DNA of 24,250 bases from Promethearchaeota archaeon. GTDB taxonomy: Archaea > Asgardarchaeota > Lokiarchaeia > Sigyniarchaeales > SOKP01. The first letter of the stretch is position 1, and each line of letters begins with the position of its first letter. The notes below the pieces were generated by a model, which worked only from the letters and a program-made list of their open reading frames with translations, had not been told where the DNA came from and ran no database searches. Positions 17,191-24,250 of the stretch are shown piece after piece. The stretch lies in the NCBI GenBank assembly GCA_016930515.1, contig JAFGGO010000136.1:1-24250 (forward strand), written 5' to 3'. Position numbers and translations under genes: made by a program.

Positions 17191-20100
17191 AATTTCTATT
17201 GATGAAAAGGATATTCCAAAAATAACGCTTGTCACTGCCACTGTGTTTATGAAATGGATGAATGAAGGAATTAAGCAAATTTACGGAGATATGGGTAAGG
17301 TTTTTTCATTTAAAAGTTATTTTCTAAACGATATCAATACTGGTAAGATTTCTCAAGAGAATTTTATCAAGACTATTTTTGAATCGGATGTGATGTTGAT
17401 TGATATTAGGGGTCATTGCCTTGCGGCAGAGATTTTAGAAAATACATACGAAAAGATGGAAAAAGAGAATCCTGAATTATTTGCAAAAAAGGAAATCATT
17501 ACTTTAATCGGAGGAAATCCCGTTTTAATGCGCCTTACTAAGATTGGGTCGTTTATGGGCCGAAAAATTCCAAAACCAAAAAAAGGAAGAGAACTTGATT
17601 TTGAAGAAATACCTGATCTCACCGAGGACGTGCTAAAAGGCATAAAAATGGACAGCATTATGAGAAAGTTTTCAAGAATTTTACCGATCAAATCTCTCAA
17701 GCACATGAAAAATTGGGTTTATATTCGGGATTATTGGACCTATGGTCTTGCGGGAATTGCGGAGAACCATAAAAATCTCCTTTTATTCATTTTGAAAAAA
17801 TATTTGGGTTTTAATGAATTACATAAAATACCTAAACCTTTGAAAATTCCAGATATTGGCATTTACAACCCGATGACAAACGAATATTTTGAATCTTTAG
17901 ATAATTATTTAAAAAAGACTCAAATAGACTTGGCAAAACAAACCATTGGGCTATTCTTTTATGGAACCCTTTATTTTGAGCAATCTCTTCCTATAATTAA
18001 AGAATATGTTAAATTAATTCAAGAAAATGGGCTTAATGTCATTCCTGTTTTTTCAGAAACATTAAGCAATATTGAAGCCCATGACAAATTCTTTTTTAGA
18101 AATAATAGGAATTTAACTAGTGCCGTGTTCAACTTTCAATATTTTCAACTAAATGGGGGTCCTTTTGGAGGCGATTCTTCTAGAACTTTAGATCTATATA
18201 AAAAGTTGAATATTCCTCATTTCAATCCAATTATTCAATTTGATGTTTTGCTTGAAGAGTATCGCCAATCTAAAGAAGGTTCAAATCCAATAAATCAAGT
18301 CATATCGATAGTCATGCCCGAGTTGGATGGTAGAATTGAGATGATGACGGTAGGTTGTATGCATAATTTGGGTCATTCAGAAGAAATAGATTCAGATGTA
18401 TTAGAAGTCAGACCAATTACCCCTAATATTGAATTTTCAATTTGTAGGGCCAAAAAATGGCTTGATTTACGACTGAAAGAAAATTCTGAAAAAAAAATTG
18501 CAATTTTAATTTATAATTACCCTCCAAGTGAAGATAAAATAGGAAATGCCGCTTATTTGGATGTTTCAGAATCTATTAACTATTTAATCGATGTTTTAAT
18601 CAAGGAGGGATACCAAATCGATAAGTTGCCCAAAAATAAGAACTTGAGTGATATTTTCATTGAAAAGGGCATATTAAACAACGCAAAATACACTAACGCT
18701 GATAATTTCGATGGAATGTTATGGAGTTGGGAAGAATATTTAGTATATTTTAATCAATTACCAAAGGAGCTCCGTGATCAAATTATTGAACATTGGGGCA
18801 ATCCCCCAGGAAAAATCAATGTTCTTAAAGATTCATTCAAGCTTCCCATCGTTCAATTTAATAACCTCTATATTGCCCTGCAACCCGCAAGAAGTATGGT
18901 TTCGGGAGATTCCAATGAATATCACGATAAAGAATTACCTCCTCATCACCAATATATTGCTTTTTATCGCTATCTTGAGCAAATTCTAAAAGTTGATTCA
19001 GTAATTCACTTCGGAACCCATGGAACAATTGAGTTTCTACCTGGAAAGCAAACCTCGGGTGGACCAGAGGATTCTTGCATTAATTTATTGGGTTCTCTTC
19101 CTAATTTGTATTATTACCATGTTACAAACACTAGCGAATCTGCCATCGCAAAAAGAAGAGGAAATGCCGTGATTGTAAATCACGCGACCTCCACTTTTAA
19201 AAATTCTGAACTTTACCAGGAACTAGCTAAATTAGAACTAATGATTTCAGATTATCAAAAAGAACGCGAATCGAATTCAATAGAAGCGACAGATTCCATG
19301 ACTTATGAAAAGACCAAGCAATTAGAAAACGAAATCTCCGATATGGCTGAAAATTTAAATCTTAATACTTCTTCCATAAACGAATTAGAGGATCTTTTAT
19401 ATCAATATAAAACAGCAGTAATTCCCATGGGGCTTCATGTATTAGGAAAAGATTACACACTAGAAGAAAAGAGGGATATAATTTCATACATCCTTCAAAA
19501 TTCTGCTGAACTCCCCCATCAATTACGAGAATTGATTGTGAAACTTGAAATGCTCGATAACGATCATCCTAAGATCCTGGAGGATTATCTTTTGGAGATA
19601 TCAGTCAAGTCAACTCCTTCGAGTGAAACCTTCAAAGAGAATGGATTAACCTCAGAAGAATATAAGGTGTTAAAAGAGTGGGTAGATGATTTTCTCGTTA
19701 AAATAGAGAAATCATTAGAAGTAGAAAACTTGGTTCGCGGTTTGGAAGGTGGTTATATCGAACCTGGACTTGGTGGTGATCCAATACGATCTCCAACTAT
19801 ATTTCCAACGGGAAGAAATTCTTATGGATTTGACCCCCGGCTCGTTCCAAGCTCTACTGCATCTCTAAGAGGAGGTGTTATTGCGGATAAATTAATCGAA
19901 AATTATTTGAATGAACATGGCTCATATCCAGAGACAACAAGTGTTGTCCTGTGGGCGTTTGAGACAATGAAAACTGGTGGTGAGACTATAGGTCAAATCT
20001 TTAACTATTTAGGGGTAAGACCAAAAAAAGAAAGATCAGTTTGGACAACAGAACTTGAAATCGTTTCTCTCGAAGAGATGAATCACCCTCGAATCAATGT

Positions 20101-20980
20101 CCTAGTTACGATATGTGGCATCTTTAGGGATACCTTTCCTTATATTTTAGATGTAATAAATGAAGCAATAGAGATAGTCCAAAATTTAGATGAACCAATC
20201 GATAAAAATTTCGTGAGAAAAAGTCTTCTCGAATTAGAAGAAAAAGGCGTTGAACAACCAGGAGCTAGAGTATATGGTCCAGCACCAGGTAGGTATAATA
20301 CAAACCTTACAGAAATAATTTCTGCGGGTGTTTGGGGCGAGGAAAAAGAGTTAGCAGATGATTATATAAATTGTATGAGTTTTGCGTATATGAAGAATCA
20401 ACGAGTGGAAAAAATTTCTGAAACCTTTTTACATAATATTAATAAAATCGAAATAATGAGTCAAGTTAGAGATTCTACTGAATATCACATAACTGATCTC
20501 GACCACTATTTTGAATTTACAGGGGGATTGGCTAGAGCCTATAAAGAGCTTAATGGCAAGCAAGCAACCGTATATATCGCCGATACTACCAAAAGAGACA
20601 TAATGGTCAAACCAATTGAAGAAAGCGTTAAAGAAAGCGCTGTTACTCGTTCGTTAAACCCCCGTTGGATTAAATCGATGTTAACTCATAAATATCACGG
20701 AGGTCAAAAAGTCGCAGAAAGAGTTGAAAACTTTCTTGGACTGGCAGCAACAACTAATTCTGTAGACCAATGGATATGGGATAAAGCTTATAATCAATAT
20801 ATAGAAAACGAAGAAATTAAAGATGCTTTAATTGAAAACAATAGATTTTCAATGCTAGATATCATTAAAAATATGCTTCAAGCAGAAAATCGCGGATATT
20901 GGAGCGCTTCCGATGAACAAATAAATAACCTTAGAAAATTATATTTAGAACTGGAAAATTGGATCGAAACAACCTACTAA
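17183..20980 (+). CDS. bchH: Class I chelatase large subunit, CobN/BchH(ChlH) family; metal specificity unknown (likely start ATG 17183 rather than 17135)
   Basis: [30 protein letters not shown]...AIAKRR, PTGRN, PRINV..GIFRD and LNPRWI. Overlaps the chlD stop by 8 nt. Confidence 0.85.
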   Translation: MSKISIDEKDIPKITLVTATVFMKWMNEGIKQIYGDMGKVFSFKSYFLNDINTGKISQENFIKTIFESDVMLIDIRGHCLAAEILENTYEKMEKENPELFAKKEIITLIGGNPVLMRLTKIGSFMGRKIPKPKKGRELDFEEIPDLTEDVLKGIKMDSIMRKFSRILPIKSLKHMKNWVYIRDYWTYGLAGIAENHKNLLLFILKKYLGFNELHKIPKPLKIPDIGIYNPMTNEYFESLDNYLKKTQIDLAKQTIGLFFYGTLYFEQSLPIIKEYVKLIQENGLNVIPVFSETLSNIEAHDKFFFRNNRNLTSAVFNFQYFQLNGGPFGGDSSRTLDLYKKLNIPHFNPIIQFDVLLEEYRQSKEGSNPINQVISIVMPELDGRIEMMTVGCMHNLGHSEEIDSDVLEVRPITPNIEFSICRAKKWLDLRLKENSEKKIAILIYNYPPSEDKIGNAAYLDVSESINYLIDVLIKEGYQIDKLPKNKNLSDIFIEKGILNNAKYTNADNFDGMLWSWEEYLVYFNQLPKELRDQIIEHWGNPPGKINVLKDSFKLPIVQFNNLYIALQPARSMVSGDSNEYHDKELPPHHQYIAFYRYLEQILKVDSVIHFGTHGTIEFLPGKQTSGGPEDSCINLLGSLPNLYYYHVTNTSESAIAKRRGNAVIVNHATSTFKNSELYQELAKLELMISDYQKERESNSIEATDSMTYEKTKQLENEISDMAENLNLNTSSINELEDLLYQYKTAVIPMGLHVLGKDYTLEEKRDIISYILQNSAELPHQLRELIVKLEMLDNDHPKILEDYLLEISVKSTPSSETFKENGLTSEEYKVLKEWVDDFLVKIEKSLEVENLVRGLEGGYIEPGLGGDPIRSPTIFPTGRNSYGFDPRLVPSSTASLRGGVIADKLIENYLNEHGSYPETTSVVLWAFETMKTGGETIGQIFNYLGVRPKKERSVWTTELEIVSLEEMNHPRINVLVTICGIFRDTFPYILDVINEAIEIVQNLDEPIDKNFVRKSLLELEEKGVEQPGARVYGPAPGRYNTNLTEIISAGVWGEEKELADDYINCMSFAYMKNQRVEKISETFLHNINKIEIMSQVRDSTEYHITDLDHYFEFTGGLARAYKELNGKQATVYIADTTKRDIMVKPIEESVKESAVTRSLNPRWIKSMLTHKYHGGQKVAERVENFLGLAATTNSVDQWIWDKAYNQYIENEEIKDALIENNRFSMLDIIKNMLQAENRGYWSASDEQINNLRKLYLELENWIETTY

Positions 20981-21143
20981 AAAACCACTTCAGTTTATAT
21001 CGATCTAATTGGTTTATTTCTTTTGCTTATCAAATATGAATTATTTATATATATTTACTATTTTATTATTTAATTGAAATCTATTTTCATAATTACTTGA
21101 ATATAAAAAAAAAGCATTCTCATTGGTTTAATGCATTATTGTG

Positions 21144-21701
21144 TCATAAAGAATAACTCGCAGAAAAAAGATATTCAAGTCCTTCACCTTTTTGTAATCT
21201 ATGATAATCTTTACGAAGTCCAATTACTTTCATAAATTCGTTCCATATTTCTTTGTCTTTTTTCAAATTTAAAAGACCTAATAAATTGAGAGCAAATTTT
21301 CTTGCGTCTTCAAAAGCAGGTCTTTTCTGACCATGGGATATGTTAATTGCTCGAATGCCATTAAAGTCAATATATTCCTCAAATGAAGGACGTCCCCATC
21401 GATCGTGATCCCAACTATGAAAATAATATAGTACATCTCCCATGTAAGAAATCACTCTCTTTTCGTCAGGACTAACATTCAAACAAAGATTCAATGTTTC
21501 CTTCAAATTTTCATGCTTTGCCCGAAATTTCCAAACTTCTGTAAATGGACTAGTCTCACATTTAATTGGTTCTACTTGAGCGAAGCCTGAATCATGCAGG
21601 TGTTTAAAATCAATTCTGCTTTTGAATAATGTCTCCCAATAGTCTTTCATATCGGGGTTCCATATGAGAGTGTAATATCTCTGAGAATTAGCATTACTCA
21701 T
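21144..21701 (-). CDS. Hypothetical protein
   Basis: 185-aa ATG-initiated ORF filling an otherwise empty interval. Globular-looking composition, no recognised motif. Confidence 0.7.
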   Translation of the reverse strand: MSNANSQRYYTLIWNPDMKDYWETLFKSRIDFKHLHDSGFAQVEPIKCETSPFTEVWKFRAKHENLKETLNLCLNVSPDEKRVISYMGDVLYYFHSWDHDRWGRPSFEEYIDFNGIRAINISHGQKRPAFEDARKFALNLLGLLNLKKDKEIWNEFMKVIGLRKDYHRLQKGEGLEYLFSASYSL

Positions 21702-21893
21702 GAATAATACTTATCTTTCATGTTTTATAAAAATTTATGGAACTTATTAGAATCTATTAGCATCATTACGAGTCTCAATCAATATTAATCATCCGTGATA
21801 ATACTTCTTAGTTTTGACTTCAATAGTACTTAAATAATCGACTTTAATTTGGAAAAGCTTTCAAACATTCAACAATTACTGTTCAAGAAAACC

Positions 21894-23408
21894 ATGAAAG
21901 AAAAAGAATTCAAGGTCAACGATTACATCACGCTCAAGTTGGAGGAGGGCAAGACCAACATTTATGTTGACGGCGCGAGGTTCGATCAGTGCAAGTACCT
22001 TGCCTTTGAAATCCCCATAGAAGATGCCCGAGAATTCGATGAAATTAGTTCTATTGACGAGCTAGAGCAAGCAGACCGAAGCACTGAATACAAGATCATT
22101 AATATAAAATCCGAGGAGGAATTTTGGGGCCATTGCTCGAACCTGCAAGCGTGGACCGAGAGCTACTACGACAGCCGCTTGCTCCACCGAACACTCGCCT
22201 TTCCTCTACTCAAACGGCTGACTGAAGCGGGCGATCCCGAGGCAAAAAAGGCCTTCAAGGACGAGATCGCCAAGCGACTTGCGAGCGGGCGTCCTTCTGT
22301 CGTGATATATTTATCTTTAGGAGGATACTTGACCTACTTGAGCCAAGACGAGTTGCAATCACTTGGAACCGAATGGGTGGAATATAATGGAGAAAAAATC
22401 CCTGTCGTTGGAAAGGTGCTAAACTTGAACGCTCGGAACATTGATGACTTGTCAGAAGTAAAGGGACTATTTCAGTTACCCGCGCTTCAATATTTAGATG
22501 CAAGTAATAACCAGCTGACAACTCTCCCGGAGTCCATCGGAAACTTGTCCTCGCTCCAAAATCTTGATCTATCTTATAATCGGGTTTCAACTCTCCCGAT
22601 GTCGATTGAAAAACTTAAAGCGTTGAAAAGGCTAAGAATTGATCACAATCAGTTAACATCTCTCCCAGACACCATTGGTAACTTATCCTCACTCCAAGAT
22701 TTATCGTTAAATAATAATATATTAATTGTTCTCCCGGATGCCATCGGAAAAATATCCACTCTCCAAGAGCTCTACATGCAATATAATCAGTTGAAGATTA
22801 TTCCAAAGTCTATCGGTCAATTAACCTTGCTCCAAAAGTTATGGGCATATAGTAATGAATTAGAAACTCTGCCAGATACTATAGGAAACCTCTCCTCGCT
22901 CCAAGAGTTATATGTTCAATATAATCGTTTGAAAACTCTTCCAAAGTCGATCGAAAAACTCAACGCGTTACAAAAACTCGATATAGGATTTAATAAATTG
23001 ACGATTTTACCAAATTCCATTAAGAACTTATCCTCGCTCCAATATTTAAATGTAGAAAATAATGAGTTAATGGTCCTCCCAGATCCCATCGGGAACTTGC
23101 ACTCGCTCCAAGAGATAAAATTACGTGGTAATCGGTTAACAACCCTACCGGAATCCATTGGCAACCTCTCCTCGCTTAAGAAATTAAATATAGAATTTAA
23201 CCAATTAACAACTTTCCCGGATTCTATAGGCAATCTCTCCTCTTTGGAATGTCTATATTCGTGCTATAATGATTTAACTACTCTTCCCGAAACTGTTTTT
23301 AATTTGGTTTCTCTTAAACATTTTTACGTGTCAAATAATCCTTTAGATTCCAGTGCTAAATCCATTATAAACCGTTTAAAAAAGAATCAACTTGATTTAT
23401 TGGATTAA
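21894..23408 (+). CDS. Leucine-rich repeat protein with Lokiarchaeia-type N-terminal module (start likely ATG 21894; ORF opens at 21849)
   Basis: N-terminal FKVNDYITLKLE..TNIYV..FDQCKYL..EEEFWGHCSNLQAW, followed by 23-aa LxxLxxxxNxLxxLPxxIGxLxx repeats. Confidence 0.92.
   Translation: MKEKEFKVNDYITLKLEEGKTNIYVDGARFDQCKYLAFEIPIEDAREFDEISSIDELEQADRSTEYKIINIKSEEEFWGHCSNLQAWTESYYDSRLLHRTLAFPLLKRLTEAGDPEAKKAFKDEIAKRLASGRPSVVIYLSLGGYLTYLSQDELQSLGTEWVEYNGEKIPVVGKVLNLNARNIDDLSEVKGLFQLPALQYLDASNNQLTTLPESIGNLSSLQNLDLSYNRVSTLPMSIEKLKALKRLRIDHNQLTSLPDTIGNLSSLQDLSLNNNILIVLPDAIGKISTLQELYMQYNQLKIIPKSIGQLTLLQKLWAYSNELETLPDTIGNLSSLQELYVQYNRLKTLPKSIEKLNALQKLDIGFNKLTILPNSIKNLSSLQYLNVENNELMVLPDPIGNLHSLQEIKLRGNRLTTLPESIGNLSSLKKLNIEFNQLTTFPDSIGNLSSLECLYSCYNDLTTLPETVFNLVSLKHFYVSNNPLDSSAKSIINRLKKNQLDLLD
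22485..23345 (+). repeat. Coding tandem repeat: 12 complete plus 1 partial 69-bp (23-aa) LRR units
   Basis: Units start at 22485+69n, with recurring DNA such as ATCGGAAAC..TCCTCGCTCCAA. Confidence 0.9.
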
Positions 23409-23411
23409 GAA

Positions 23412-23680
23412 TTATGCGTCAAAGAATATTTTCTCAATGAATTTTAGAACATCCTTTATACTTGTTTCGTGAGATTCCTTTAAGTGTGGATCGTGCTTGT
23501 CTTTATGGTTTCGTGATGAGGGGCGTTGTCCCATCTTATTAATAACTCCCCATTTTTATCCTGCCAATGATAAGAATAAGCATGTTCAGATGAAGAAATG
23601 TATTCTTTGATAAATAAAAGAGTGTTATCAACAAGTTCTAATTTTGCTTTGTAATAATAACCCTTACAAGATTGAAGCAT
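23412..23680 (-). pseudogene. TumE/DUF6516-like toxin-antitoxin protein, frameshifted and probably 5'-truncated
   Basis: YSYHWQ...LIRWDNAPHH signature. The expected C-terminus (KHDPHLKESHETSIKDVLKFIEKIFFDA*) continues in another frame to a stop at 23412. Confidence 0.75.
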
Positions 23681-23941
23681 TGATCGTTCCGAATGGCTTT
23701 TTTTAGATATATTAAGCCCTCACTTATTGTGATCGTATTAGTTGTTTCAATGACGAATAATTTCCTTGATTTTTAATTATTGCGGTCAATAATCTAGATA
23801 AATTAAAGAACTCTTAAAAAAATTCACAAATTCGTCATGATTAAAGTTGGTAGTCGAAATTATTCTCTTTAACACGAATTCAATGGAGAAAAGAGTCATT
23901 TTTAGAGAAAGAGAGCTTAAAAATCGTGAATTCTAATGGAA

Positions 23942-24181
23942 TCAATAACTATCTTCAAATAAAAAGGAAAAAAAAGGATTAAAAGAGTAAATATTTTCCT
24001 TCTTCTTCTTTAGTTTTATTCGAACCAAGAGAGCTATAATGGGTATTATTGAAAAAGTGATATAAGCGCTAAATCCAATGTCTATTTCATTTTCTCCCCC
24101 TGAGGGGCCTTCTATCGTGAAAATCTTAAACGGAGAAAAACACGAAGAATGGATGTTATTGTATTTCGTTAAGAATTTCAC
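23942..24181 (-). other. Short ORF or remnant resembling a C-terminal membrane anchor
   Basis: GPSGGENEIDIGF, a hydrophobic helix and a KLKKKK basic cluster. In-frame stops lie just upstream. Confidence 0.3.
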
Positions 24182-24250
24182 TCTTATTCAAGAGGAATTC
24201 CTCGTTGTTAATACGATATATAAGGTAATAAAAAATCATAATTATTTAAT

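Noticed and set aside
15217-20980. Evidence for photosynthesis
   Set aside because: No other bch/chl genes are present, and ChlH/ChlD homologues occur in non-phototrophic archaea.
2205-23233. Other short track ORFs overlapping long genes (e.g. 2205-2453, 3843-4943, 5361-5600, 7195-7386, 9651-10600, 10661-11011, 12955-13916, 14386-14586, 15234-15641, 16728-18989, 22255-23233)
   Set aside because: They lie antisense or out of frame over well-supported genes and have no recognisable motifs.
22485-23345. LRR repeats as a CRISPR array or diversity-generating retroelement
   Set aside because: The repeats are in-frame, degenerate and have no spacers. There is no reverse transcriptase and no template/variable pair differing only at adenines.
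23750-23838. 9-bp inverted repeat ATGACGAAT/ATTCGTCAT as a MITE
   Set aside because: Short, with no target-site duplication and no second copy in the window.
1-24250. Selenoprotein or stop-codon readthrough
   Set aside because: The TGA/TAG stops of recognised families fall at expected protein ends, and I saw no in-frame continuation with homology. A SECIS search was not possible by eye.

Overview
AT-rich, densely coding archaeal window. It is most consistent with an Asgard archaeon (Lokiarchaeia/Promethearchaeota). This is inferred from the characteristic N-terminal module of the LRR protein, a longin-like protein, archaeal PdaD/DHS/GH57/VapBC genes and archaeal-style promoters. In order, the window holds: two tandem 219-aa paralogues; an ECF-S-like/DUF2085 membrane protein with a coupled alpha/beta hydrolase; a Zn-ribbon membrane protein with a double-wHTH regulator; a divergent nucleoside phosphorylase; a SAM methyltransferase, a longin-like protein and a second SAM methyltransferase; an MBL hydrolase; a divergently transcribed deoxyhypusine synthase-like/pyruvoyl arginine decarboxylase pair; an unannotated 48-aa acidic/aromatic microprotein; a GH57 branching enzyme; vapB with a truncated vapC; a two-gene class I chelatase (ChlD-like plus BchH/CobN-like, no chlI in the window); an orphan ORF; an LRR protein; a frameshifted TumE-like pseudogene; and a possible membrane-anchor remnant. 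No rRNA, tRNA, CRISPR array or transposase was recognised. The best leads are the acidic microprotein (resembles N-WASP acidic tail or Sem1/DSS1 motifs), the ChlH-like chelatase with a candidate chlD frameshift site, the DHS-like/PdaD pair and the mosaic LRR array. All family calls come from motifs read by eye, not database searches.
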